64,000 nt of DNA from the IMG/VR virus record IMGVR_UViG_3300028275_000622. The stretch is one strand, 5' to 3'. Position 1 is the stretch's first letter; each line of letters opens with the position of its first letter. The DNA comes from an uncultured virus (IMG/VR IMGVR_UViG_3300028275_000622) (lineage: Duplodnaviria; Heunggongvirae; Uroviricota; Caudoviricetes). Made by a program: the position numbers and the translations under genes. The notes below the pieces were generated by a model. That model did no database searches. It saw nothing but the letters and a program-made list of their open reading frames with translations, and was not told the DNA's origin. Positions 55,011-64,000 of this stretch are shown here, in pieces.

Positions 55011-58000
55011 ATGGCATTAATTCAATTTAAACGTGGCCCACAATCTGCAATACAAACACAATCTCTTCTTGCAGGTGAACCAGCTTTTGCAACAGACACG
55101 AGAGAATTGTTTGTAGGTGATGGTTTTACCATTGGTGGGGTTTCCATCAGTTCCCTTGCAGGGGCAATTACGTACATTGCTCAGAACACAGAACCACCTG
55201 CGCCAAGTAATCCATCCACAACTAAAGCATTTTGGTACGAAACAGACACAAATTACCTGTACATATGGAAGTACTCAAACGGCACAGGTGTGTGGGAAAG
55301 AGTACTTGCAAGCGGTCCTACGGGGCCAGCAGGCCCCACCGGACCGCAGGGTACTCAGGGTATTCAAGGTGTTCAAGGTGTGCAGGGTGCTCGTGGGGCA
55401 ACCATACTCACTGGGACAAGTAATCCTACCACTAGCACTACTGGAATTGATGGCGACTACTTTTTAAACACCACTAGCAAGGATTTATTTGGACCACGTG
55501 TTACCACAAATAGTGTGGTTAGCTGGGGTAATGGAATTTCCCTTAAAGGTGACAAGGGTGACAAGGGTGATACTGGTGATGCAGGACCTACTGGTTTAAC
55601 AGGACCACGTGGTGCGACCATACACTACGGAAACCAAGCACCAACAAGCTCATTTCCTGATCCAACCAGTGTGAACGATGGAGACTTCTACTTTGACCTG
55701 ATTGCAAAGAACTTGTACGGCGGTTATGTAGCTGCGAATGGTACTCCTTGGGGGCCTCCAATCAGTCTTGCAGGTGGTGCAGGTTCAGCAGGTCCTGCTG
55801 GGCCGACAGGACCTGCTGGTACTCCCGGACTTGTGTGGAAGGGTTCTTACGTAAGTGGTACACAGTACCCATTAAACTCTGTTGTGCAGTTCAACGGTAG
55901 TTCCTATGTTGTGATTGCAAACAGTGGTACGACCAATGCTCCAACCAACGCAGCAGATTGGAACCTTGTAGCATCCAAGGGTTCCACTGCGAACGCAGTT
56001 GCAACCATTTATGCTAATGCTCCTATAGTGTGGGACGAGTCCACAACCACACTTTCATTCAATGTTCCAAATGCACAAACTGGCAATGTTCTTAAGTACG
56101 ATGGGACTAGCTGGGTTGCATCCAAAGCAAGTGCTGCAAAAAGTCTCCAGACAGGGACGGGCGCACCAGATGGGACTACAGATGCAACTGACGGCGACTG
56201 GTACATTCAGACTGCTGGTACAGGTGCTCCACTGTTGTACGGTCCTAGATCCACAAGCAATAGTGTTGTTAGCTGGGGTACTGGTATTTCACTTGTTGGT
56301 CCGGCAGGTGCAAATGGTGCTAATGGTTCGGCAGGTCCAGCAGGGGAAGATGGCACTGCTGGTATGGAGTGGAACGGAAACTGGGATTCCACTGTAAATT
56401 ACTCCAAAGGTGCTGTTGTTGGGTATCAGGGAGCAATTTACATATGTGAGTTGGACAACACGTTAAATATTACACCAAACACCACGGCTAACTGGGATCT
56501 TTTGGTGGAGCGTGGTGAGCAGGGGCCACCCGCTGACCTGCAAGGCACTGCACCAATTAGCATATCGTCTGAGACATCCAACAATGTTACCACTTTCACG
56601 ATTGCACTGGCTGATGGCACAACAACTGGCGAAGTTCTCACTTGGGACAACACCACAAAGGCGTGGACACCACAATCACCAATTGTGACACTGGACGGCC
56701 TTACTGATGTAACCATTACCAACCCGGAACAGGACCAAATACTTGTATTTAAAAACAACGAGTGGGTGAACCACGGCACATATGTGGACACTCTCGATGA
56801 GCTAGAAGATGTAATCATCACAACTCCTACTCAGGACGAAATTCTAAAGTTTGATGGAACTAACTGGGTCAACTCAACAGCAATCCTTGAAATTACTGCA
56901 ATGTCCCCACTGGATTGGGACAAATCCACAGGTACTCTAAAAATTACAGAGGGTACTACTGATGGGTATGTAATGACATGGGATGACACTCTAAAGATTT
57001 GGAGTGAGAAAGAATTACCACCTGCTGATATCAAAGCAACACTTCCACTTGACTGGGATAAAACCACACGCACTCTCACGTTTGGTGTGAATGGTAGTGC
57101 GGGTGATGTACTTGTGTACGATGGTGTGAACTGGATTGCATCTGTTCCATACGACCACACAAGGCCAACCATACTGTGGGGTGATGGTGTACCTGCACAG
57201 GACCTTGGAAACAGTGGTGATTTTTACATAGACACCACAAATCACATCCTTTACGGACCTAAGTGCAGCGGTTGCTTGGGTAACAGGTGGACATCGTTGC
57301 AGGATCCTGTAAATCTTGTTGGCCCTCAAGGAGTGCAAGGTATTCAGGGTGAAACAGGACCAGCAGGTCCTGCTGGTCCTACAGGTGCAACAGGTCCTAG
57401 AGGACAGAGTACATCCAACCTTATACGCAGAGTGGACCACCCTGTATTACTTACAGGTCAGGACTTACCTGCACTTTACTCAGGTATTGGTGTAAATGGG
57501 GACTTCCTTCTTGTATCCATACTTAGTCCAGAACCCAGTACAAGGTTTTACGGCCCAAAAGCTAACAATGTTTGGCCTGATAATTATGTGGAATTGCACG
57601 GTGATACAGGTGCAACAGGCCCTGCTGGCCCTACAGGGGCCACAGGTCCTGCCGGACCACAATCAGGGCAGATCATACATCATGCGACAGTGCAATCAAA
57701 CGCATCAACTCCACCCGATCCATCTTCTGCACTTGGTGATGTGGACGACTTCCATATTACAAGGCTGGAAACCACACTGGGTGAGTATGTTGGGACTTAT
57801 ATATTTGGGCCAAAGACAAGCAGTGCAACAGACCCTTGGGGTGCTCCAACTAATTTAAGGGGTCCCACTGGTGCAACAGGTGCAGAGGGTCCACAAGGAC
57901 CACAAGGTATATCTCCTGACCCAACACTTGCAGATGCAAACGGTGGTCTTGCAAACACGGGAACCACACAAAATCCAACTCTTGCAATAAAGACTCGCAG

Positions 58001-58169
58001 TGGAACAGGTCTTGTTTTAGACACAGTACCCAGCACACCTGCGGATCCTGCAATTTATTTGAAATTAAACACTGATTCCACCAACGCACTTGCTGTTGTT
58101 GGGAGCAAGGCTGTTGTGAAAAGCAAACCAATTAATGCAGGCTACAGAAGGGGATGGTTTGGAATATGA
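55011..58169 (+). CDS. Collagen-like tail fibre with Mtd-type N-terminal domain
   Basis: N-terminal IQFKRG...LLAGEPAFATDTRELFVGDG; several (Gly-X-Y)n blocks; repeated GDxY...L(Y/F)GP...W modules. Confidence 0.85.
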   Translation: MALIQFKRGPQSAIQTQSLLAGEPAFATDTRELFVGDGFTIGGVSISSLAGAITYIAQNTEPPAPSNPSTTKAFWYETDTNYLYIWKYSNGTGVWERVLASGPTGPAGPTGPQGTQGIQGVQGVQGARGATILTGTSNPTTSTTGIDGDYFLNTTSKDLFGPRVTTNSVVSWGNGISLKGDKGDKGDTGDAGPTGLTGPRGATIHYGNQAPTSSFPDPTSVNDGDFYFDLIAKNLYGGYVAANGTPWGPPISLAGGAGSAGPAGPTGPAGTPGLVWKGSYVSGTQYPLNSVVQFNGSSYVVIANSGTTNAPTNAADWNLVASKGSTANAVATIYANAPIVWDESTTTLSFNVPNAQTGNVLKYDGTSWVASKASAAKSLQTGTGAPDGTTDATDGDWYIQTAGTGAPLLYGPRSTSNSVVSWGTGISLVGPAGANGANGSAGPAGEDGTAGMEWNGNWDSTVNYSKGAVVGYQGAIYICELDNTLNITPNTTANWDLLVERGEQGPPADLQGTAPISISSETSNNVTTFTIALADGTTTGEVLTWDNTTKAWTPQSPIVTLDGLTDVTITNPEQDQILVFKNNEWVNHGTYVDTLDELEDVIITTPTQDEILKFDGTNWVNSTAILEITAMSPLDWDKSTGTLKITEGTTDGYVMTWDDTLKIWSEKELPPADIKATLPLDWDKTTRTLTFGVNGSAGDVLVYDGVNWIASVPYDHTRPTILWGDGVPAQDLGNSGDFYIDTTNHILYGPKCSGCLGNRWTSLQDPVNLVGPQGVQGIQGETGPAGPAGPTGATGPRGQSTSNLIRRVDHPVLLTGQDLPALYSGIGVNGDFLLVSILSPEPSTRFYGPKANNVWPDNYVELHGDTGATGPAGPTGATGPAGPQSGQIIHHATVQSNASTPPDPSSALGDVDDFHITRLETTLGEYVGTYIFGPKTSSATDPWGAPTNLRGPTGATGAEGPQGPQGISPDPTLADANGGLANTGTTQNPTLAIKTRSGTGLVLDTVPSTPADPAIYLKLNTDSTNALAVVGSKAVVKSKPINAGYRRGWFGI

Positions 58170-59470
58170 GCAAAACTCTTGTAATACCCCAGAAATCAAA
58201 ACTTTATGTGCAGTCTCAGGGAGTGGCGTGCAACATCGCAGCAACCGTGCACTACATGCGTTACAGCATGGATTCTGAGAATAATGAGACATACAAGGAA
58301 CTTGTATCCTACTCTCAGCCATCCCAGAACAATGTAAATACAATTCTTAGTACAAGTAGTACTTCTGGTGAAAAAAGAGTAGTTAGGGAATTTTACTTTT
58401 ATAATACTGCTGGAAGCACACAGTCTTTCTCACTGCGAATCAGGTCTTATACCGACATTACACTTGCTGCTGGAACATCATCAGGCCAATTAGACGACCC
58501 TGCAAATTACACAGACACGAACCTGATTGATTTTGTAATACCATCGCACAAAGTTTGGAGATTTTCTGAAGCTTTTCTACTTAGTTACCCGTCAGTAATA
58601 GTACTGAGCAAGGAAAGCAATTTTGATGAAATTTCCGTTGTTTTAGCTGCCACAGGAAGTGATGTTTTAACGTCAGATGACAGGTTGCACATCACAGTTT
58701 CCCATGGTGAGGTGCAGGATAGTTCTGAAACAATCATTAATGAAAGACTTGAGCAAAAAATAGTCGCAGTTGATGGGAATACTCAAGTTTTTAGTGTTTT
58801 TAAGCTGCCTTCTACAGCTTCTAGAAGCCCTAATAGCAGTGTTATACGCCAGATTACCATGTACAACGAATCTGGCAAAACAATGCACATAAAGCTTGGT
58901 TTCGGCCCACCAACAAGCACTACATTAAACGGCTATCTCTACGATGGGGACATAGCAAGTACTGAGTCTTGGTGGAGTGATGCAAACACATTTCAACACA
59001 TTGAGGATTACATACCATCCAGCGGTGGTAGTGGTGCTTACAGCCTGAATGCTGTTTCACCTCTGCAATACATTAGTGCAACACAAACAGTGAGGATAAA
59101 TAGGTCAGGTGCTGCTGATGGACAGGCACTAATTTGGGACAACTCCAGTAATGAGTGGAAACCCGGAGATGTGCAACCGTTGTTGACACCGATTGCGCCC
59201 ATAGAGTATGATTTAACTAATCTAGAGATCCGTTTAGGGCAAGATGGTGCGACAGCAAATCAAGTTCTGGCTTGGCGTGAATCCACAGAAGGTGCAAATG
59301 ACTTCAGGTGGAGGCCCACCAATGCATCTGGAATAGGTGGTGGTAGTGGTGGTGGGGGTAGTGGTGGTGGTTCTTACAACGGTATTCAAATTCCAAATCT
59401 TGATGGTGGTACTGCTGACACTGTGTACGGAGGCATAGCACCATTTGATGCAGGTAATGCAAACCCATAG
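58166..59470 (+). CDS. Putative tail fibre-associated protein
   Basis: C-terminal 'SPLQY...GQALIWD...W.P' repeats like those in 55011..58169, and a Gly-rich linker. Confidence 0.6.
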   Translation: MSKTLVIPQKSKLYVQSQGVACNIAATVHYMRYSMDSENNETYKELVSYSQPSQNNVNTILSTSSTSGEKRVVREFYFYNTAGSTQSFSLRIRSYTDITLAAGTSSGQLDDPANYTDTNLIDFVIPSHKVWRFSEAFLLSYPSVIVLSKESNFDEISVVLAATGSDVLTSDDRLHITVSHGEVQDSSETIINERLEQKIVAVDGNTQVFSVFKLPSTASRSPNSSVIRQITMYNESGKTMHIKLGFGPPTSTTLNGYLYDGDIASTESWWSDANTFQHIEDYIPSSGGSGAYSLNAVSPLQYISATQTVRINRSGAADGQALIWDNSSNEWKPGDVQPLLTPIAPIEYDLTNLEIRLGQDGATANQVLAWRESTEGANDFRWRPTNASGIGGGSGGGGSGGGSYNGIQIPNLDGGTADTVYGGIAPFDAGNANP

Positions 59471-59478
59471 GAGTATGT

Positions 59479-59718
59479 ATGGCAATTCCAATTCAATTAC
59501 GCCGTGACACAAGTGAAAACTGGGCACTAATAAACCCAACTCTCTCTGAAGGAGAATTGGCTTACGAGACTGACACTGGGAAAATGAAAATTGGGAACGG
59601 CAGTGCAACGTGGACTTCACTTGCATATCTAGTACCGGGCAGTGCAAATGCTTACACGTTTGGCACTACTGCTCCAACAGGAACTGCACCATCCAACGGA
59701 TTATACTTCCAATACTAA
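59479..59718 (+). CDS. Small fibre/adaptor protein (Mtd N-terminal-like domain)
   Basis: 'IQLRRDTSENW...NPTLSEGELAYETDTGKMKIGNG...W..L.Y'. Confidence 0.75.
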   Translation: MAIPIQLRRDTSENWALINPTLSEGELAYETDTGKMKIGNGSATWTSLAYLVPGSANAYTFGTTAPTGTAPSNGLYFQY

Positions 59719-59726
59719 GGTGATTT

Positions 59727-62700
59727 ATGGCTTATGAATGGCCTGAATTTAATTCAACATCAGGTTTTATTACAACACTGAATGTTCAATTTAAAGATGC
59801 ATCTGAAAATGTAATTAATGCTACTGGCACGTTTTCTGTTGGTCTTGGAGATCCATCAAATAGTGGGTGGGTACATTTTAATAGGTTCAATAATAATTAT
59901 GGGAATTATGGGGTTGGAATTGGAGTACCATTCCTTTCAGACCACCCTATAAATATTACACCTGTTAATAATACAGGAGATGTCCTGTCACCACTTGGTT
60001 GGTCACAGGGGGACCTTTTTAAATATGTAACCATAACAAGAACATTTTTATTAAACTCAAATAATGTAACACGTACAGATACCTATAGAGTTTTGCAAAA
60101 GTACCTCAATGGAAAGACCGCATTGGTTTTACTTCCAGAAAACTCAGGTATTATTACCAGCATTAATGATACTACGGGCATTCAATCTATACAACATAAA
60201 GAAAGTTGGTTAAGCGATGTAATAATTCTAAAAGGCATAAATTTAAGTATTTTTAAATTTTCAAAAGGTTATTATGCAAATAATGGTACTAAATACAATA
60301 ATGCTGGGTTAGTTGGTTACGACTTCGCTAAAGTAGGTGTTAGCTATTATAATGAAGCAAATATAATTAATCCATTTACTGTAGGGGATACTGGAACCGG
60401 TTGGATTAATGCGGGATCTTATGGAGTAAGCCTGTATTATCCCCTAAGAACTCTTTATTCTGAGCAGAGAACTTTATTCACAATAATTCCAGTATATAAA
60501 CCCACAATAACTATTTCGCCAACCACAGGTTCTGCCAGTGGTGGTGAAACTATTACAATATCCTCAAATAGAGATATTAATGGTCACTATCAAATTTGGT
60601 CAATTGGTGCTGAAGGATATGAAATACTCCGTAGTGCTGGAATTGCCGGGTTTTCTCCCGATAGCCCAAACAAGAAAACATTTATATTTACTAATCCTCA
60701 AGATGTTAAGACATTTAGAGCAATTTTAAAATATAATCACCGTACATTAGAATATGGGCAACAATACAGTAACCCAAATAACATAAGCTCTTCAAATCTA
60801 TTTTACAAACCAATTATAATTTCAGAAACGCCCCAGCTTTGGACAGGTTCTAGTAATTCATATATTACAATTTTCGGGCAAAACGTACTTGACACAACCT
60901 CTGTAAAAATTAATGGCGTTGGGCACCAATTTTCTAAAAGTACTACCAGTAACAATACTATTTTTATATCTATTAATGAACAAACAACCAGTGGTAAAAT
61001 AGAATTAACCTCTCCCGCTGGGACAGTAACATCAGTTGGTAATTTTACTTTACAGCCTGCTCCAACCGTATCCAGTTTTACACCCACTAGCGGACTTAGT
61101 GGAGCAGAAGTTATTATTACAGGTACTAATTTTGTTAGTGCTGTGGACAATCAAACCCCGGTTGTAGGTAGAGTATCTTTTGGAAATTGGACCGCTACTT
61201 TTACAGATGTTACGCCAACCACAATTCGTGCATTTGTGCCTTCTGGCGCAGTCACAGGTCCTATTTCCGTAACCACCAATGGTGGTACTGCGACATCTAC
61301 TTCAAACTTTACAAGGAATTATTCTCCCACTCTTTATGGGGTAGGTATTTACAAGGACGCAAACGGAACCGAGAATAACTCTGTTCCATATTTAGATAGT
61401 GAAAGACAATATGTCATTTGGGGAGGTGGTTTAGACACTACTCAAAAAATTGAATTTTTCTACACAAACAATCCAAATGTAAAGTATGAGGCTACTTTTA
61501 CGGTAATAGATGCATCACGTGTTTCATTTACCGTACCATTTATGAATAATTTAACCACTGGAGGATTGGTTAAATTTACACTAACTAGCGCATACGGGAC
61601 GGTAACAAAAGATAATGCAATACAACTTCAAGTTGATTTGCGAAACATCAACTATCCCACCATATCCAGCTACCAAGCACCTTACTCAAACAACACAACT
61701 CCTGTAAACACTCTTGTTGGCGCAAACCTTTACTTTGAAAACAGTTCAACTTGGGAAAAGGCAAACGACATCTATTTTGCAAAACCTGTTACAAGGCATG
61801 ATGGTTTATCAGACAGTGCTGAGTGGACAAGGGCTACTGCTGGTTGGTTTTCCAATAATGGGGAATGGCAAAAATTCTGGCCTTCTGTGGAGAACGCTGC
61901 AAAGAAGTTTTACAAGTTTGATTGGTCTTCCGCAGGTTTTACAGAAAGGGTTGATGTACTAAAAGTTGTTCCAGACTACCCTAACCTTTACGCACTTTTA
62001 TCGGAAAGTAATGGTAAGCTTACAACATCTGCGGGTTACCCAGATAGCTGGCAAGCAATAGAGAATTGCAGGAGCATTATTGCAAAGATTAATTTGCAAA
62101 CAGGAGTTATGTCTTACATTGAGGTAAAGGGTCCGAGGAATAATACAAATTGCCATATTAGTGATATTTACGTCAGTGGGGATTCAGTATATGCAGTTGG
62201 GTACGACCATGCATCAGACCCAAATTTTGGGGAAATTGCTGTAAATAACCTTCATAGGGGATTCAAAGTACCTGCAAGGTTTGTTGTTGGAATGCTGTCA
62301 TCAGGCGATGTGGTTATAGTAGGGGGACAAACCCAGAGACATTTTGTAGGAGTTGTAAAAAAGTATTCAAAAAACCTTGCTTTGCAGTTTTCAAGAAAAA
62401 TTAGTTCTCCTCCTGTAATTGCAGAACCAAACGGATACGTTAATAATTTTACAACAGATGCTTTCTTTTTTAAAGCAATTCATATGCCGGGAGGTTATGC
62501 ATACAACCCACTCGTGGAATTCATAAACGGTGGAAGTTTATATGAACCTAAAATTACTTTATTTAATGGAGCACTGTATGTGTTTTTCTCAAGCTCAAAA
62601 AACTATGCGAATATTGCTTATTATGGTGCATCTACAAATGGTGCGTGGCGACTAAGAGAGGAAATTCTTGTTAAGAAATTAAAACCCACAAACCTTACAG

Positions 62701-63290
62701 AATACGTTGGGGAAACTTCTGTAAGATCTTTAATGCAGCACGATATTGCAGCAGATCCATCATTAGACTGGAATTATAGATTCCAGTTGCATCCAACATC
62801 CCCCACACATTATGACTTTTTCAAAGGTTATCATCCGACAGTTAATAAAAGTGGATTTAGTCAGTATTCCGTTGTTGCAGATCCACAATTAAACGGCAAC
62901 AACAAGATTAATTTTACCACGGGTTATTTTTGGAACTCTTTGCAAATTAATCCAACTATTAAAAGTGCATTTATGGCAAGGGATGGTGTCTTTGATTACC
63001 CATTAATTATGGGCGACCTTGAATCTACGACTGGGGACGATGATGGCAATGGAATGTTTGTAGGGCACTACGGGAAAAACGATTTGTACTCTATTATGTG
63101 CGGTACTGAGTTTGAAAATGGTAGGGTATCCACCACAGACATTACTGCATTCTCTGACCTAAATTCATTTCTTGCAAACTACTCCACACTACCTCTTGTG
63201 TATACAAGTTCGTCTTTCCCAACAACTGCATTCACTGTTACGGAAACACCTGTAGAAAACCTGCAAATGACTGAGGTTTGCAATGCCTAG
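59727..63290 (+). CDS. Large adhesin/receptor-binding-like protein with IPT/TIG repeats
   Basis: 'PTVSSFTPTSG..GAEVIITGTNF...V.FG...A.F...I.A.VPSGAVTGPISVTTNGGTA' and related copies. Confidence 0.75.
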   Translation: MAYEWPEFNSTSGFITTLNVQFKDASENVINATGTFSVGLGDPSNSGWVHFNRFNNNYGNYGVGIGVPFLSDHPINITPVNNTGDVLSPLGWSQGDLFKYVTITRTFLLNSNNVTRTDTYRVLQKYLNGKTALVLLPENSGIITSINDTTGIQSIQHKESWLSDVIILKGINLSIFKFSKGYYANNGTKYNNAGLVGYDFAKVGVSYYNEANIINPFTVGDTGTGWINAGSYGVSLYYPLRTLYSEQRTLFTIIPVYKPTITISPTTGSASGGETITISSNRDINGHYQIWSIGAEGYEILRSAGIAGFSPDSPNKKTFIFTNPQDVKTFRAILKYNHRTLEYGQQYSNPNNISSSNLFYKPIIISETPQLWTGSSNSYITIFGQNVLDTTSVKINGVGHQFSKSTTSNNTIFISINEQTTSGKIELTSPAGTVTSVGNFTLQPAPTVSSFTPTSGLSGAEVIITGTNFVSAVDNQTPVVGRVSFGNWTATFTDVTPTTIRAFVPSGAVTGPISVTTNGGTATSTSNFTRNYSPTLYGVGIYKDANGTENNSVPYLDSERQYVIWGGGLDTTQKIEFFYTNNPNVKYEATFTVIDASRVSFTVPFMNNLTTGGLVKFTLTSAYGTVTKDNAIQLQVDLRNINYPTISSYQAPYSNNTTPVNTLVGANLYFENSSTWEKANDIYFAKPVTRHDGLSDSAEWTRATAGWFSNNGEWQKFWPSVENAAKKFYKFDWSSAGFTERVDVLKVVPDYPNLYALLSESNGKLTTSAGYPDSWQAIENCRSIIAKINLQTGVMSYIEVKGPRNNTNCHISDIYVSGDSVYAVGYDHASDPNFGEIAVNNLHRGFKVPARFVVGMLSSGDVVIVGGQTQRHFVGVVKKYSKNLALQFSRKISSPPVIAEPNGYVNNFTTDAFFFKAIHMPGGYAYNPLVEFINGGSLYEPKITLFNGALYVFFSSSKNYANIAYYGASTNGAWRLREEILVKKLKPTNLTEYVGETSVRSLMQHDIAADPSLDWNYRFQLHPTSPTHYDFFKGYHPTVNKSGFSQYSVVADPQLNGNNKINFTTGYFWNSLQINPTIKSAFMARDGVFDYPLIMGDLESTTGDDDGNGMFVGHYGKNDLYSIMCGTEFENGRVSTTDITAFSDLNSFLANYSTLPLVYTSSSFPTTAFTVTETPVENLQMTEVCNA

Positions 63291-63669
63291 GCCCTGTGCC
63301 TGTGACAATGTGATACCCAACAGCACTTGGGACTCCACACAGTGCCAACTGTGTTGGTATTACCACCACAACGACAGAGTTCGCAAAGCTTGGGATGAAG
63401 ACACCAAGGTGGAACTGCCACCAGCAGGTGAGCAGGCTAAAAGCCTGATCACCAGTGCAGCAAAGTGGGCATTTGCAGGGTGCAAGAGGGTTCCACTAGA
63501 AGTGCAACAGCAGAGAATGCGCACATGCGTAGAGTGTGAGTTCCTAAAAGAGCAAAACAGGTGCGGTGTATGTGGCTGTTTTATAAAGACTAAAACTAGC
63601 TGGGTCACTGAGAAGTGTCCCATAGGTAAATGGAGTGCATATGAATCCACAGGAAATGCCACCGATTGA
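63283..63669 (+). CDS. Cys-rich protein (DUF6171-like C-terminus)
   Basis: 'R..TCVECEF...RCGVCGCFI..K..W..EKCPIGKW'. Confidence 0.65.
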   Translation: MPRPCACDNVIPNSTWDSTQCQLCWYYHHNDRVRKAWDEDTKVELPPAGEQAKSLITSAAKWAFAGCKRVPLEVQQQRMRTCVECEFLKEQNRCGVCGCFIKTKTSWVTEKCPIGKWSAYESTGNATD

Positions 63670-63808
63670 GTTGCTGGATGACATCCTTATTCCAGTGCGC
63701 ATGATTATTGAACGCCTGTACTGGCAGGGATTCAGGGATGGTGCAGCATTGACAGGTTTAATCTTCTTTGTTGTTTTTATTTTGACCAATAGAGGAGTTA
63801 CCAGATGA
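63656..63808 (+). CDS. Small single-TM protein, 50 aa (possible lysis accessory)
   Basis: MPPIELLDD...GAALTGLIFFVVFILTNRGVTR, translated by hand. Confidence 0.45.
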   Translation: MPPIELLDDILIPVRMIIERLYWQGFRDGAALTGLIFFVVFILTNRGVTR

Positions 63809-64000
63809 AAAAACTTGCAATACCTATTCTTCTAGTTGGTGTATTCATGGTGACGAAGGAAGTGATTCCAACACTTCCTTCGTTGGACATACTTTCCAAG
63901 GTGAGGGTTAAGTGCAAAGACTGCAATTGCGACCCTTGCAAATGCGATCCGTGCAAGGATGGGAAATGCCCAACCCCAAAACCTGCACCACCTGACAAAC
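63805..64000 (+). CDS. Exported Cys/Pro-rich protein, 3' end outside window
   Basis: GAGGAG RBS; MKKLAIPILLVGVF...CKDCNCDPCKCDPCKDGKCPTPKPAPP; open to the window end. Confidence 0.55.
   Translation, partial: MKKLAIPILLVGVFMVTKEVIPTLPSLDILSKVRVKCKDCNCDPCKCDPCKDGKCPTPKPAPPDK

Larger units (their letters stand above)
19569..64000 (+). mobile_element. Prophage of a tailed phage (Caudoviricetes), right end beyond the window
   Basis: Replication, packaging, head and tail modules in order. Begins at a tRNA att core and has distinct oligonucleotide usage. Confidence 0.92.

Noticed and set aside
55011..63290. Diversity-generating retroelement suggested by Mtd-N-like domains
   Set aside because: No reverse transcriptase and no TR/VR repeat pair seen in the window.

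Overview
The window has two mobile elements joined at a displaced 3' half of a tRNA-Arg(CCT) gene (19569-19610). The host is probably a planctomycete, inferred from the attC style and protein families. LEFT (<1-19.6 kb) is the end of an integrative island. It carries the C-terminus of a DUF499-type ATPase, an 1858-aa SNF2/RapA-type helicase with about 57 tandem 15-aa (C/S)xx(S/T)G repeats, an IS3 remnant, a GC-richer block with integron attC-like remnants (SET-domain and 4-TM genes), and a RavA/ViaA-like AAA+/VWA operon. RIGHT (19.6 kb to >64 kb) is a tailed prophage that runs off the window; no integrase or clear endolysin is visible. In order it has a perfect 56-bp palindrome, an RHH regulator, RecT-like SSAP, SSB-like protein, primase-helicase, Hjc-like resolvase, family-A DNA polymerase, dATP/dGTP diphosphohydrolase, TerS-like and TerL genes, a TGCA-rich non-coding putative packaging region, a DUF935 portal, a 1298-aa head-module protein with an EndoIII-like HhH-GPD motif, protease/scaffold, capsid, two paralogous tail-tube-like genes and several fibre/adhesin genes. 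By manual scan the prophage lacks CCWGG and apparently CGCG, and is rich in TGCA. All family calls come from motif recognition by eye, not database searches.
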